Positions 34,640-45,108 of a stretch of DNA of 53,849 nt are shown in pieces; position 1 is the stretch's first letter, and each line of letters begins with the position of its first letter. The notes beneath the pieces are model-generated. The model was given only the letters and a program-made list of their open reading frames with translations. It was not told the origin of the DNA and searched no databases. The position numbers and the translations under genes are program-made. Source of the DNA: a bacterium (GTDB lineage: Bacteria; UBP18; UBA7526); NCBI GenBank assembly GCA_030615855.1, contig JAUWYL010000001.1, positions 1 to 53,849 of the forward strand, in the 5' to 3' direction.

Positions 34640-35599
34640 ATGGATGAATATACAAAAAGAGCGAAAGAATGGCTTGAGCAAAAATATAAAGCTACCGATG
34701 AAAAGGGAGTCTATAAAAGTTACGCACCTATATATGGATTTAGTAAGGATCATCTTTGTTTAGGCTTATATAAAAACAATTACAATATTTTAAAACAAAT
34801 AAAAAGAGTATCTTTAGAATACAACATAGACAGTTTCTTAGAAGTCGGTTGCGCTGAGGGGTATGCTACGCATTTGGTAAAAGAAATTTTTGGATTTAGA
34901 GTCAATGTTTGTGATTTAAGCCTTGAGGCGGTTAAAAGAGCAAAAGAAATTTATGGCTTCCAAGGTTTTGTTGCAGATGTCCAGAGTATGAGTCATATTA
35001 AAAATGATAGCTTTGATTTAGTTTTGTGCTCAGAAACAATTGAACACGTTCCAAATCCAGAGAAGGCATTTGAGGAGTTAATGCGGATAGCTAAAAAAGT
35101 TTTAATTATTTCTGTTCCGGCGGCAAAAAATAAAAAAGAGGAGGAAGAATTTGTTTCTCCGGAAGGGGAGCAGACCCATTTAAATATTTTTACAAAAGAG
35201 GAGATTAGAAGCTTTACTCGAGGTGGAAAAATAAGGGGAATATCGCTAAATTGGTTAAATAAAATAGAAGGTTTCTTTACAACCTATAATAAAAATGTCT
35301 TTTCTTATAAATCTAAACATTCAATGGCAATTTACAAAGTAGTTAGATTCTTATTTCCGCTAACAAAAAGATGTTACAGCGTTAATATAGCAGAGATATT
35401 TATAAGATTAGATTATTTATTGTGGGGTATATTGCCGGGTAGAGTTTCGACATATATGGTGGTATTTAAAAAAGTACCTCCAGAGTTTAAGAATAAACCA
35501 AAAAAATATAAGAATATTTTGTATTATATGCTTAAAGAAAGTAAGATCAGGCCTTATCTTCTTAAGAGTAAATTGAAATATGATAAAAAAGTCAGATGA
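34640..35599 (+). CDS. Class I SAM-dependent methyltransferase
   Basis: LEVGCAEG, FDLVLCSETIEHV. Confidence 0.85.
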   Translation: MDEYTKRAKEWLEQKYKATDEKGVYKSYAPIYGFSKDHLCLGLYKNNYNILKQIKRVSLEYNIDSFLEVGCAEGYATHLVKEIFGFRVNVCDLSLEAVKRAKEIYGFQGFVADVQSMSHIKNDSFDLVLCSETIEHVPNPEKAFEELMRIAKKVLIISVPAAKNKKEEEEFVSPEGEQTHLNIFTKEEIRSFTRGGKIRGISLNWLNKIEGFFTTYNKNVFSYKSKHSMAIYKVVRFLFPLTKRCYSVNIAEIFIRLDYLLWGILPGRVSTYMVVFKKVPPEFKNKPKKYKNILYYMLKESKIRPYLLKSKLKYDKKVR

Positions 35600-36398
35600 A
35601 ATTAGAGAAAAACTAAAAAGGTATTATCAGTCTGCTGATCAATACGTAAATAGGATAAGTTCCATTGATAGAAGTGCCTATCAAGAATATGTCTCTTTTA
35701 TCTGCCGATATGGCAGAAGGGGTAGTTATCTTCTTGAGTTAGGTTGTGGGCCGGGCTCATCCTCTTTGATGTTAAATCAAAATGGTTTTAGGGTTATGGG
35801 ATTGGATATATCCCCACTTTTTCTTAAAGAGGCGAAGAATAAAAAATGCGAAGGTTTAGAATTTATTGCTGGGGATATATTAGATTTACCTTTTTCTAAT
35901 GATAGTTTCGATATAGTCAGCTGCTTTTTAACTATTGAACATCTTACTGATGTCCCCAGGGCATTAGAAGAAATGGCGAGAGTAACAAAATCACGAGGAT
36001 TGATAATAATTCTTTCTCCTAATCTACTATCCCCTTTCAATCAGTTGAATGCCCTGAAGAATATCCTTCTAAAGAAAAGGAATGAGGTGCTATTCTTGGG
36101 AAAGACAAATCCCTCATTAATCATGGTAGACTTTTTCAGGAATATAGTGATATCTATAATTAAAATATTGTCTTCTCGGCCACACTTTTTATATCGAATG
36201 CCTGTTTTAGAGAATAGGTTTAATTTCATACCGGATATGGATGCGGTGTATCTGGCTAATCCATTGGACTTGAAACACTGGTTCCAAAAGAAAGAGGGCT
36301 TTCAGATCGTAAAATATCAAGGTGAGGGAATTTCGGGCAGATTACTTCCAGATTTTGGTAGTGGGATACATTTAGTAGTGAGAAAAAATGTTTTTTAA
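35580..36398 (+). CDS. Class I SAM-dependent methyltransferase
   Basis: LELGCGPG, GD...LPF...SFD, IEHL. Confidence 0.88.
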   Translation: MIKKSDEIREKLKRYYQSADQYVNRISSIDRSAYQEYVSFICRYGRRGSYLLELGCGPGSSSLMLNQNGFRVMGLDISPLFLKEAKNKKCEGLEFIAGDILDLPFSNDSFDIVSCFLTIEHLTDVPRALEEMARVTKSRGLIIILSPNLLSPFNQLNALKNILLKKRNEVLFLGKTNPSLIMVDFFRNIVISIIKILSSRPHFLYRMPVLENRFNFIPDMDAVYLANPLDLKHWFQKKEGFQIVKYQGEGISGRLLPDFGSGIHLVVRKNVF

Positions 36399-36441
36399 TT
36401 TATCGTAAACTTCATCCCATTGAGGCAAGGAGAGTTCATTC

Positions 36442-37218
36442 ATGAACAAATTATCGGTAATAATTACTACTAAGAATGAAGAGAAAAACATTAGAAATTG
36501 TTTAGAAAATGTTAAATGGGCAGATGAAATCGTAATTGTGGATGATATGAGTAACGATAGAACGGTAGAAATCTGCAAAAAATATACGGAAAAGGTTTTT
36601 TCAAATGACAGCAAAGGCGGTCTTAGTACCAACAGGAATTTAGGAATAGAAAAAAGTACTGGAAATTGGATATTTACCCTCGATGCTGATGAGATGATCA
36701 CTCCTGAACTGGCGAAAGAGATTAGACAAGCAGTAAATAATAGAGCCCACATTGCCTACTATATCTCAAGGAAGAATTATTTTTTAGGGAAATGGATAAG
36801 AGGCTGTGACTGGTATCCAGATTACAGCATAAGACTCTTTAAAAAGGGTATTGCCAGATGGCCTTCAGGTATTCACGATGTAATAAGGATAAAAGAGAAG
36901 AAGAAAGTTGGCTATCTGAAAAATCCCATGATTCATGATAGTTATCAAAGTCTGAATCAATATTTTGAAAAATTTAATCGCAATACCTCACGTCTTGCCC
37001 AGGAGGAATATGATAAAGGAATAAGGATAAGCAAAAAGAATTTCTTTACTTACTTTATGTTGGAGCCGTTATTTTGGTTCTTTCGCAAATATTTTTTATG
37101 GAAAGGCTATAAAGATGGATTTAGAGGCTTCTTCATAAGCCTTTCCTCTGCCCTGGTTATCTTTACTACTTATGCCAAATTATGGGAGAAGCAGAAGGTA
37201 AAGAATGAAATCATTTAA
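36442..37218 (+). CDS. Glycosyltransferase family 2 (KdtX-like)
   Basis: TKNEE..I..CL, LDADE, WYPD, DG.RGF. Confidence 0.9.
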   Translation: MNKLSVIITTKNEEKNIRNCLENVKWADEIVIVDDMSNDRTVEICKKYTEKVFSNDSKGGLSTNRNLGIEKSTGNWIFTLDADEMITPELAKEIRQAVNNRAHIAYYISRKNYFLGKWIRGCDWYPDYSIRLFKKGIARWPSGIHDVIRIKEKKKVGYLKNPMIHDSYQSLNQYFEKFNRNTSRLAQEEYDKGIRISKKNFFTYFMLEPLFWFFRKYFLWKGYKDGFRGFFISLSSALVIFTTYAKLWEKQKVKNEII

Positions 37219-38317
37219 TATCCTATATCTAGCTAATTCTGGAGAGATATTTGGCGGGGGACAAGTAAGCCTGTTGGGACTTCTAGAACGACTCAATAAA
37301 AAGAGATTTAAGCCCCTGGTTGTCTGCCCATCTAAGGGAAGCTTGGTTGATGAATTGAAGAGAACGGGTATTGAAACCGAGATTATTAAGATGGAAACTC
37401 TGCGGGAGTTGAATATCTTCTCCTGGATGAAAACAATTAATAGATTGGTTCGATTGATAAGGAAGGAAAAGATTGACTTAGTCCATAGCAATGGCTCGCG
37501 AGCCACCATTTACGGGGGGATTGCTGCAAGATTGACCAGAACTCCTCTCATCTGGCATGTGAGGATTGCCGACCGTGATAGGTTGCTTGACAAACTCTTA
37601 GCCAAGCTGGCTACTAAAATCGTAGTTATCTCAAAAGCAGTTAGCAAAAGATTTGACTGGTTAAAGAATAAAGGAAAGAAGGTTGTTGTTATCTATAACG
37701 GTATCGATTTAGAAAAATTTAATCCTGCTATCGATGGGGAGAGAATAAGAGAAGAGTTCCGTCTTTCCCCTGAGACACCACTGGTAGGAATCGTGGGTCG
37801 CCTGGATTGGTATAAAGGACACCAGTATTTTTTGCAAGCCGCTAAAAAGGTAACTAAAACTATACCTGAAGCCCGTTTCTTAATTGTAGGTGATGGGGAG
37901 CGCAGAAAGCGACTTGAGAATCTAAGGAAAGAATTAGGTCTTAATAAGAGCGTTATCTTTACTGGAAATCGGAGAGACATCCCGCAGATTTTGGCCAGTC
38001 TGGATCTCTTTGTTCTCTCCTCAGTGAGTGAAGGATTTGGTCGTTCTGCTGCAGAGGCCATGGCTTGTGCTAAGCCAGTTGTAGCTACCAGAGTGGGTGG
38101 TCTTTCTGAGGTGGTTGAGGATAGAGTGACTGGTTTGCTTATTCCTTCCGCAGAGCCGGTGGCTCTATCTCAGGCGATCATTATCCTGCTAAGGGATAAA
38201 GAAAAATCCCAGAGGATGGGCTTGAAGGGAAGAAGACGTGTAGAAGGGTTATTTGATATAAAAGGCCATGTTGAAAAAATAGAAAATTTATATGTAGGAT
38301 TAAAAAATGAAATTTAA
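37205..38317 (+). CDS. Glycosyltransferase family 4
   Basis: GGGQ, YNGID, KG, EGFG...AEAMA. Confidence 0.92.
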   Translation: MKSFNILYLANSGEIFGGGQVSLLGLLERLNKKRFKPLVVCPSKGSLVDELKRTGIETEIIKMETLRELNIFSWMKTINRLVRLIRKEKIDLVHSNGSRATIYGGIAARLTRTPLIWHVRIADRDRLLDKLLAKLATKIVVISKAVSKRFDWLKNKGKKVVVIYNGIDLEKFNPAIDGERIREEFRLSPETPLVGIVGRLDWYKGHQYFLQAAKKVTKTIPEARFLIVGDGERRKRLENLRKELGLNKSVIFTGNRRDIPQILASLDLFVLSSVSEGFGRSAAEAMACAKPVVATRVGGLSEVVEDRVTGLLIPSAEPVALSQAIIILLRDKEKSQRMGLKGRRRVEGLFDIKGHVEKIENLYVGLKNEI

Positions 38318-39155
38318 ATATGTAGGCTGTAATCTGTGTGGTCAGAATAATTTTAAAATCTTGCAGGCAGACGGACCATTTAAAGTAGTTAAATGTAAAA
38401 ATTGTGGGCTTATCTATACTAACCCTCAGCCAGAAGAAACCAGACTCCTTGAGCATTATAGGCAAGATCCCCATGCTTTATGGCTAAAAAAACAACCTGC
38501 TGCGGTAAAGAAATCGTGGGAAAGGAGGTTCAAAAAGGTACAGGCAAAGAGGTTAAAGAAGGTTCAATCCTTTAAGAGGGCAGGAGCGTTGTTAGATGTT
38601 GGTTGTGGATACGGCTTTTTTTTAAGTGAAGCAAAATTTAATGGTTGGAATGTCTATGGTGTAGAGATATCTGAAGGTGCGGTTAGCTATGCCAAGAATG
38701 TTTTTGGTATAGATGCATTTAAAGGGGAACTTAGAGATGCTCATTTTCCGGATAATTCTTTTGATGTTGTTACTTTTTGGCATTTGTTAGAGCACTCCAT
38801 AGACCCTTTAGGGAATTTAATTGAAGCAAAGAGGATATTAAAACCCGATGGGATATTAGTTGTTGCGGTTCCAAATGTTAGAAATTATATCTATAGGGTT
38901 GCATATATGTTTTTTAAGTTAAAGGCTCCAAAAATTTTTTCCCAAGGACTTAGAAAAATACATCTTTATCATTTTTCTGTTAATACATTAAAGGAAATAA
39001 TTAGAAAAGCAGGTTTTACTCCCATAAAGTTTGATATAGATAAAGAGAGAAGTGCGCTTCCAGAACGTGTTCTTGATACCTTCGCTTGGATTTTGTATAA
39101 AATTTTAAGAATTAATCTTGGTATAGCTTTAGAAGTTTATGCTAGAAAATCGTAA
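38307..39155 (+). CDS. Class I SAM methyltransferase with N-terminal CxxC pairs
   Basis: CNLC...CKNC; LDVGCGYG; LEH. Confidence 0.88.
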   Translation: MKFKYVGCNLCGQNNFKILQADGPFKVVKCKNCGLIYTNPQPEETRLLEHYRQDPHALWLKKQPAAVKKSWERRFKKVQAKRLKKVQSFKRAGALLDVGCGYGFFLSEAKFNGWNVYGVEISEGAVSYAKNVFGIDAFKGELRDAHFPDNSFDVVTFWHLLEHSIDPLGNLIEAKRILKPDGILVVAVPNVRNYIYRVAYMFFKLKAPKIFSQGLRKIHLYHFSVNTLKEIIRKAGFTPIKFDIDKERSALPERVLDTFAWILYKILRINLGIALEVYARKS

Positions 39156-39190
39156 ATTAAAAATAGCAATTGATAAAGGAAGGTGAAAGG

Positions 39191-40321
39191 ATGAAATGTC
39201 TTATTACTGGCGGTGCGGGGTTTATTGGTTCTCACCTGGCAGATGCCTTAGTACAAAAAGGATATTCGGTTAGGGTCTTTGATAGTTTAGAGCCCCAAGT
39301 CCATGGACCAGAAGGGAGGCAACTTAAGAAGCCCCCTGAATATCTCAACCCAGCTGTGAAATTTATCCTGGGCGATGTATTAGATAGAAATGCTCTAAAG
39401 GATGCTATAAAAGGTGTAGAGGCCATCTTCCATCTGGCCTCAGCAGTAGGGGTAGGCCAGTCCATGTATGAAATAAGTCGCTATACCCAAGTCAACTCCC
39501 TGGGTACGGCAAACCTACTGGATATTTTAGCTAACCAGCGACATAAGGTAAAAAAACTCATTGTGGCCTCTTCTATGTCGGTGTATGGAGAAGGCAGTTA
39601 TAGATGTGGGGTATGCGGTATAGTCTATCCTGAATTGAGGTCGGAAGAACAATTAAGAAAAGGGGATTGGAAAATAAGGTGCCCCAGGTGTAAAAGAAGA
39701 GTAACCCCAGTTCCCATAGAAGAGAATAGACCTCTATTTCCAAGATCGGTCTATGCCATTTCTAAAGAATTCCAGGAGCGGATATCCTTAAACGTGGGCC
39801 AGGCCTATAATATACCCACTGTAGCCCTGCGCTATTTCAATGTCTACGGACCTCGGCAGTCTCTATCTAACCCCTACACTGGGGCAGCAGCTATATTTTC
39901 TTGCCGCATCTTAAACAATCGGCCTCCGGTGATATTTGAAGATGGTCTACAAAGCAGAGATTTTATCCATGTCAGCGATATCGTCCAGGCGAGCATCTTG
40001 GCTTTGAGAAAAAGTGAGGCCGATTATGAGGTCTTCAATGTAGGAACCGGTAGACCAACCACAGTTTTAGAGATTGCCAAGCAGCTCATTGAGAAAATGG
40101 ATTCTCAGATTAAGATAGATATTGTAAATCGATTCCGGGAGGGTGATATTAGACATGGCTACGCAGATATAACTAAGATTAAAAAGAGATTGGGCTTTGT
40201 TCCTAAAATTGATTTCAAGGTTGGAGTCGCTGATTTAGTTGAATGGGCCAAGACTCAAAAGGCTGTGGATTACTTTGAAAAAGCCAAAAGGCAATTAGAA
40301 AAGAAGGGTCTTACTAAATAA
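39191..40321 (+). CDS. NAD-dependent epimerase/dehydratase
   Basis: TGGAGFIGS, YAISK, RYFNVYGPRQ; internal CxxC...CxxC insert. Confidence 0.92.
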   Translation: MKCLITGGAGFIGSHLADALVQKGYSVRVFDSLEPQVHGPEGRQLKKPPEYLNPAVKFILGDVLDRNALKDAIKGVEAIFHLASAVGVGQSMYEISRYTQVNSLGTANLLDILANQRHKVKKLIVASSMSVYGEGSYRCGVCGIVYPELRSEEQLRKGDWKIRCPRCKRRVTPVPIEENRPLFPRSVYAISKEFQERISLNVGQAYNIPTVALRYFNVYGPRQSLSNPYTGAAAIFSCRILNNRPPVIFEDGLQSRDFIHVSDIVQASILALRKSEADYEVFNVGTGRPTTVLEIAKQLIEKMDSQIKIDIVNRFREGDIRHGYADITKIKKRLGFVPKIDFKVGVADLVEWAKTQKAVDYFEKAKRQLEKKGLTK

Positions 40322-40398
40322 ATCCCGCACCTTTAAACCCTTTAATATTTTTGATAACGCGGTATTATTAGCATTTTTGAATAAAAAAGGTGCGGGAT
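40322..40398. repeat. 77-bp element with perfect 13-bp terminal inverted repeats
   Basis: atcccgcaccttt (40322-40334) / aaaggtgcgggat (40386-40398). Confidence 0.7.
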
Positions 40399-40418
40399 AA
40401 AGGGGAAGGCAGAATAAA

Positions 40419-42161
40419 ATGGATAAGAGGGGAATCATTTTTATCCTGATTTTTATTGCTATTTACTCGGCTTTTGCTCTGGCTTCAATTCATAAACCCT
40501 TGCAGGCAGATGAGATTTTCTTCGCGCTCGATGCCGAGCAGTCACATTACGGTAAGATAGGTATCGGGCATCCGCCGCTCTATTTAGATAGTCTCAGATT
40601 GATGGTGAAATTCTTGGGATTAAGAAGAGAGAATTTGCGCTTCTTCGCTATCCTGTGTTTTATGGTAACCTTATATCTGATTTACCTTATCGGGAAGGAG
40701 ATGACGCCTAATCATAGGAAGGGGCGGAATATTGGACTACTCGCCTCCTTTATCTATGCTACTCACCCCATGGTGATTCAGGGGTCGCTGATCCTTGATA
40801 TCGACAATAGTATTCTCACCCCTCTGCTAACCCTCTTCATACTTTCCTTTCTTAAAGTACGTGATAACCTCACTAGGAAAAGGTGCTTTCTTCTGGGCTT
40901 GCTCTTCTTTACCTGTCTGTGGTCAAAGTTATCCACTCCTCTGGTACTTATCCTGTCCCTATTTCTCTTTTACTTCCTAAAGGGACGAATTAGAGAAGGT
41001 TTAGTTAAGTCACTTCTCATTACTGCTGTGGGAATAGGGCTATTCTGTATTGTTTGGGTAAGCTATGCTTATCTCCATCATCTACCACCGCTGTTCTTAG
41101 TAGCACGTATTGCGCATCCCATCCAGAGGGGATTGGGCAGCATTTTCTCGTCCCTTCTTCCAGAACTAATAAAACGCACCATTAGAATTTCTCTCTGGAT
41201 AAGCCCCTTTCTACTCTTCCTCGGTCTGGGAGCCTTAGCCATGCGCCTCAAAGAGCGTTCCCGGGAGCGAATTACTTGGCCAACAGATTTTTGTCTACTA
41301 TATGTTCTTATCATTTTCTTTGGTTACATCTTGGTGAGTGGCACTATCTGGAGTTTTCCCAAGTATCACTATCCTTTATTAGCCGTTTTAGTACTTGTAG
41401 TGGCAGAAATAATTTATAGATTGAATCTCAAAATCGATAGGAAAAGCTTGATTTTATATGCCGGTCTAACTCTATTCTTTATCCTTTACAATGTAACAGT
41501 TGTTGGTGATTTGCTCTACCTATTTAATTATAACCTCAGAAACTTTCTCATTCTTGCTCCAGAAAAATTGCCTGGGGCGGTCAGGGATTTTCTCTGGCAT
41601 CTCCTCTTTTACTTCGTCCCCATCCCCTTGGCCATTCTGGCCATAAAAGTAAGCCACCGTAATTATAGGCCCTTAAAAGCAGTTATACTATCTCTATTCA
41701 TAGTTCTTATCTCAGCCAACATCTCTCTCAATATCCTTCAAGCCAAGGGGGGTTACAGCACCACTTATTGCTATGGAAGAGATATCAAGAATATGAGGCA
41801 GCTGGAAGAGTTCTTCCGAGAACTCAAAAGCAATAACCCCCAGGGCGTTATCATCGGGCCGGTGGACATAATCTATAATGCTGGCCTAAAACTCCCCCCA
41901 TATACCTACGATGTCATTGGAAAGAGTAGTAAGAAATTTCTTGAAGCAATAAGGGATGAGCGAGTAATCTGTGTCGTTTATGGTATATCTTGGAACAGTC
42001 TCTTCTCCTACCGGAATGTCTTTTCTGATAAATTGGTAAGAGAGAATCTCTTAGAGAATTATGAATGTAGGGAGATGGGGGAATATTCCGTTTGGTTGCG
42101 GAAAAACTTGCTATGGGGAAGAGAGGAAAGTGAGCGAAGAGATGAAGGAAGGCCAATTTGA
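40419..42161 (+). CDS. GT-C (ArnT/PMT-like) membrane glycosyltransferase
   Basis: ADE after the first TM, HPPLY, many TM helices. Confidence 0.75.
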   Translation: MDKRGIIFILIFIAIYSAFALASIHKPLQADEIFFALDAEQSHYGKIGIGHPPLYLDSLRLMVKFLGLRRENLRFFAILCFMVTLYLIYLIGKEMTPNHRKGRNIGLLASFIYATHPMVIQGSLILDIDNSILTPLLTLFILSFLKVRDNLTRKRCFLLGLLFFTCLWSKLSTPLVLILSLFLFYFLKGRIREGLVKSLLITAVGIGLFCIVWVSYAYLHHLPPLFLVARIAHPIQRGLGSIFSSLLPELIKRTIRISLWISPFLLFLGLGALAMRLKERSRERITWPTDFCLLYVLIIFFGYILVSGTIWSFPKYHYPLLAVLVLVVAEIIYRLNLKIDRKSLILYAGLTLFFILYNVTVVGDLLYLFNYNLRNFLILAPEKLPGAVRDFLWHLLFYFVPIPLAILAIKVSHRNYRPLKAVILSLFIVLISANISLNILQAKGGYSTTYCYGRDIKNMRQLEEFFRELKSNNPQGVIIGPVDIIYNAGLKLPPYTYDVIGKSSKKFLEAIRDERVICVVYGISWNSLFSYRNVFSDKLVRENLLENYECREMGEYSVWLRKNLLWGREESERRDEGRPI

Positions 42162-42825
42162 TAGGGTTGCCAATAAGTACGAAAAGATTATACCCCAACA
42201 CATAATTTTACATTATCTCAATAAAAGGATGGCCTTCATCAAAGGTATTATTAAAGAAGGACTGATTTTAGATGTAGGATGTGGAACGGGTTTATTGGCG
42301 AATAGATTAGAGAAATTGGGATTCAGGGTAGTGGGGCTGGAGCCTTCAAAAGGGATGCTTCAAGAGATGAAGAGAATGAAGAGAGATACTGCAATCTGTG
42401 GAACCTCAGAATCTCTTCCCTTTAAATCAGATAGCTTCGATCTGGTTTTAACCATTGTCACCTTACATCATATCGGTGATAGAAGAAGAATAGTCCAGAC
42501 TCTCTCAGAAATGGTTAGGGTAGTCAAACCAGAGGCAAAAGTCCTTATTTGGGCTCATAACCCCAATAATCCTTATTGGCCAATTTTTATGAGGAAACTT
42601 CCCTGGGACCAGGGGGTCAAGAGACTTATCCCATTAAAGGAGATATTAGAAGATCTTAAGAGAGAAGGGGTAAAAAAGGTAGAGGTCCATAGAAAAGGAT
42701 TTGTTCCAGACTTTATTCCCAGGGTTTTTTTACCCGCAGCAAGACTTTTAGAACTGATTCTGGAAGGTATGCCGATAATCCAAAACTTCTCTGCCCACAA
42801 TATAATTGTTGCTCAGAAAAGATAA
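42130..42825 (+). CDS. Class I SAM methyltransferase
   Basis: LDVGCGTG, LPF.SDSFD, LHHI; start likely GTG 42130 or ATG 42142. Confidence 0.88.
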   Translation: MSEEMKEGQFDRVANKYEKIIPQHIILHYLNKRMAFIKGIIKEGLILDVGCGTGLLANRLEKLGFRVVGLEPSKGMLQEMKRMKRDTAICGTSESLPFKSDSFDLVLTIVTLHHIGDRRRIVQTLSEMVRVVKPEAKVLIWAHNPNNPYWPIFMRKLPWDQGVKRLIPLKEILEDLKREGVKKVEVHRKGFVPDFIPRVFLPAARLLELILEGMPIIQNFSAHNIIVAQKR

Positions 42826-42833
42826 TATAGATA

Positions 42834-44243
42834 ATGAAAACAGTTTTAATTAGGCCGCCCCGACCTATCAGCGATCCTGAGTTTGTTTCGCTACAGTTTC
42901 CTTTGAATCTGGGATATATAGCGAGTTTTCTTCAACAGAAAGGATACCATGTAGAAATATGGGATTATGAAGTAGAAAGGTTTACCGAAGATGGGTTAGG
43001 TAGAAGGATTCTAGAGGTTAATCCGAGTTTGGTTGGCATAACTTGTTTAACGCCGACGGTTATAAGTGCCCATAAGATAGCATCTTTAATAAAAAAGGTA
43101 TCTCCTAACATCCTAATAGTAGCAGGAGGAGCTCATCCTGCAGCCCTACCCATAGAAACCCTAAAGGAGTTCACTAATTTTGATATGGTGGTTATTGGAG
43201 AAGGAGAAGAAACACTGTGGGAAATATTGCGTTGTCTTCAGGAGAAACGGCCCCTTGTCGGTATTCAGGGGGTGGCGTATCGTGAGGAGGACGGGACGGT
43301 TAAAATAGAAAACCCACGTCCTTTCTTTAAAGATTTAAATGTGCTTCCTTTTCCTGCTAGAAATATAGTTGATCAAAATTTATATCGGGGACATCATGTA
43401 AGCAGAGCATTTTCGCGCCAGTTTTTAAAAATATCGGAAATAATAACTACTCGTGGTTGTCCTTATAACTGTATCTTCTGTGCCTCTCATAATCGGACAA
43501 CCCGTTTTCGAGAAATAGAAAATGTTATGGCGGAGGTGGATGAATGTATAAAAAGATATGACACATCACATTTTAGTTTTCTCGATGATACCCTGACCAT
43601 GAATCCTAAACATGTTACTGAATTATGTAAAGGATTAAGGAGATTTAAAAAAATTACTTGGGATTGTTTTGCCAGGGTAGATACTGCATCACTTAAGATC
43701 TTAAGAGAGATGGCCGCCAGTGGTTGTCGAAAGATCTCTTATGGTATTGAATCGGGAAGTCCCCGCATATTAAATCTGATTAAGAAGAAGATTACAGTTG
43801 AGCAGGTAAAGAATGCTTTTACTTGGTCCAAGCAGGCAGGCATCGAATATACTGAGGGGTCATTTATAATTGGCTGTCATCCTACAGAGACAAGGGATGA
43901 TATAAAGATGACCACCAAACTGATTTACGAGATAGAGCCAGATATCCTGATGTTATCGATTATGGTACCTTATCCTGGGACTGAGATATATAAGATAATG
44001 AAAGAAAAAGGATATTTAGATGAAGGAACAAGATGGAATGATTTTGTTTTCTTTAGTTATAAACCTGCTTGGAGAACAGATTATTTTAGCTCAAGTGAAC
44101 TTTTCAATATCTACAGAAATTTACTGCGCGGGTTTTATTTAAGACCTAAATATATCTTTAAGATACTAAAGAAAATAAAGAGTTGGAATGAACTTTTATA
44201 TTGGACAAAGGCAGGAATTGATTTTATAAGAAGAACAACCTGA
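42834..44243 (+). CDS. Cobalamin-binding radical SAM protein
   Basis: PLNLGYIAS, GGAHP, GEGE, RGCPYNCIFC, GIESG. Confidence 0.92.
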   Translation: MKTVLIRPPRPISDPEFVSLQFPLNLGYIASFLQQKGYHVEIWDYEVERFTEDGLGRRILEVNPSLVGITCLTPTVISAHKIASLIKKVSPNILIVAGGAHPAALPIETLKEFTNFDMVVIGEGEETLWEILRCLQEKRPLVGIQGVAYREEDGTVKIENPRPFFKDLNVLPFPARNIVDQNLYRGHHVSRAFSRQFLKISEIITTRGCPYNCIFCASHNRTTRFREIENVMAEVDECIKRYDTSHFSFLDDTLTMNPKHVTELCKGLRRFKKITWDCFARVDTASLKILREMAASGCRKISYGIESGSPRILNLIKKKITVEQVKNAFTWSKQAGIEYTEGSFIIGCHPTETRDDIKMTTKLIYEIEPDILMLSIMVPYPGTEIYKIMKEKGYLDEGTRWNDFVFFSYKPAWRTDYFSSSELFNIYRNLLRGFYLRPKYIFKILKKIKSWNELLYWTKAGIDFIRRTT

Positions 44244-44256
44244 AAGGAGAGCTAAT

Positions 44257-44982
44257 ATGTGGAACAATAAAAAGGTATCTGTAATTTTACCCGCATTTAA
44301 TGAGGAAGAAAATATCGCTAAAGCCATAGAAGATTTTTCACTACCTATTGTCGATGAGATAATCGTAATAGATAATAATTCTACAGATGGGACCGTTCAG
44401 GAAGTTTTAAAGACTCAGAAGGCAATATTATTTCATGAGAAAAGGCAAGGCTATGGTTTTACTTTACAGGCAGGTTACAATATGGCCACAGGAGATTACC
44501 TTATCACGGCTGAGCCGGATGGCACTTTTTTAGGAAAAGATATCTTAAAATTATTAGCCTATTCTGAAGATTTTGAAGTAGTATTTGGCACCCGGACAAA
44601 CAAGAGTTTGGTCTGGGAAGGCGCAAATATGCATTTTCTCCTTTTAGCTGGCAATTGGGCAGTAGCAAAGTTGATGGAATTTATGTTTAACACAGCTACT
44701 CTTTCTGATGTGGGATGCACAATGAAGCTTATCCGTCGGGAGGCCCTGCTTAAGATAAAAGACCAATTCACTGTGGGGGGGGACCATTTCTCGCCGGAAG
44801 TTATGCTCTTGGCTATTATCAATAAATTAAGTTTCATTGAGATTCCCGTCAATTATAAATCCCGCGTCGGTACCTCCAAGATAACCGGAAACATAATGAG
44901 GGCAATCGGGGTTGGCTTAAAGATGATTTGCTTGATTCTCAAGTATCGTTTTAAAACTTTATTCCGTGGAGTGAAAAAATGA
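44257..44982 (+). CDS. GT2 glycosyltransferase (polyprenol-phosphate sugar synthase-like)
   Basis: PAFNEE, DNNSTDGT, GYG, EPDG, GTR, EIPVNY..RVG.SK. Confidence 0.88.
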   Translation: MWNNKKVSVILPAFNEEENIAKAIEDFSLPIVDEIIVIDNNSTDGTVQEVLKTQKAILFHEKRQGYGFTLQAGYNMATGDYLITAEPDGTFLGKDILKLLAYSEDFEVVFGTRTNKSLVWEGANMHFLLLAGNWAVAKLMEFMFNTATLSDVGCTMKLIRREALLKIKDQFTVGGDHFSPEVMLLAIINKLSFIEIPVNYKSRVGTSKITGNIMRAIGVGLKMICLILKYRFKTLFRGVKK

Positions 44983-45077
44983 AGCAAGGCAATAAGATTA
45001 AAGCCTCCATATTAGGAATTCGCATAATAATCCTAATCATCTCTTATTGGTTTAGATATAGGTTGGGGCTACTGTAG
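44979..45077 (+). pseudogene. 32-aa remnant resembling the C-terminus of the preceding GT2
   Basis: GNKIKASILGIRIIILIISYWFR versus GNIMRAIGVGLKMICLILKYRFK. Confidence 0.45.
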
Positions 45078-45108
45078 AAAACAACTGTGCTATGGTCAGG
45101 AAACAGGA

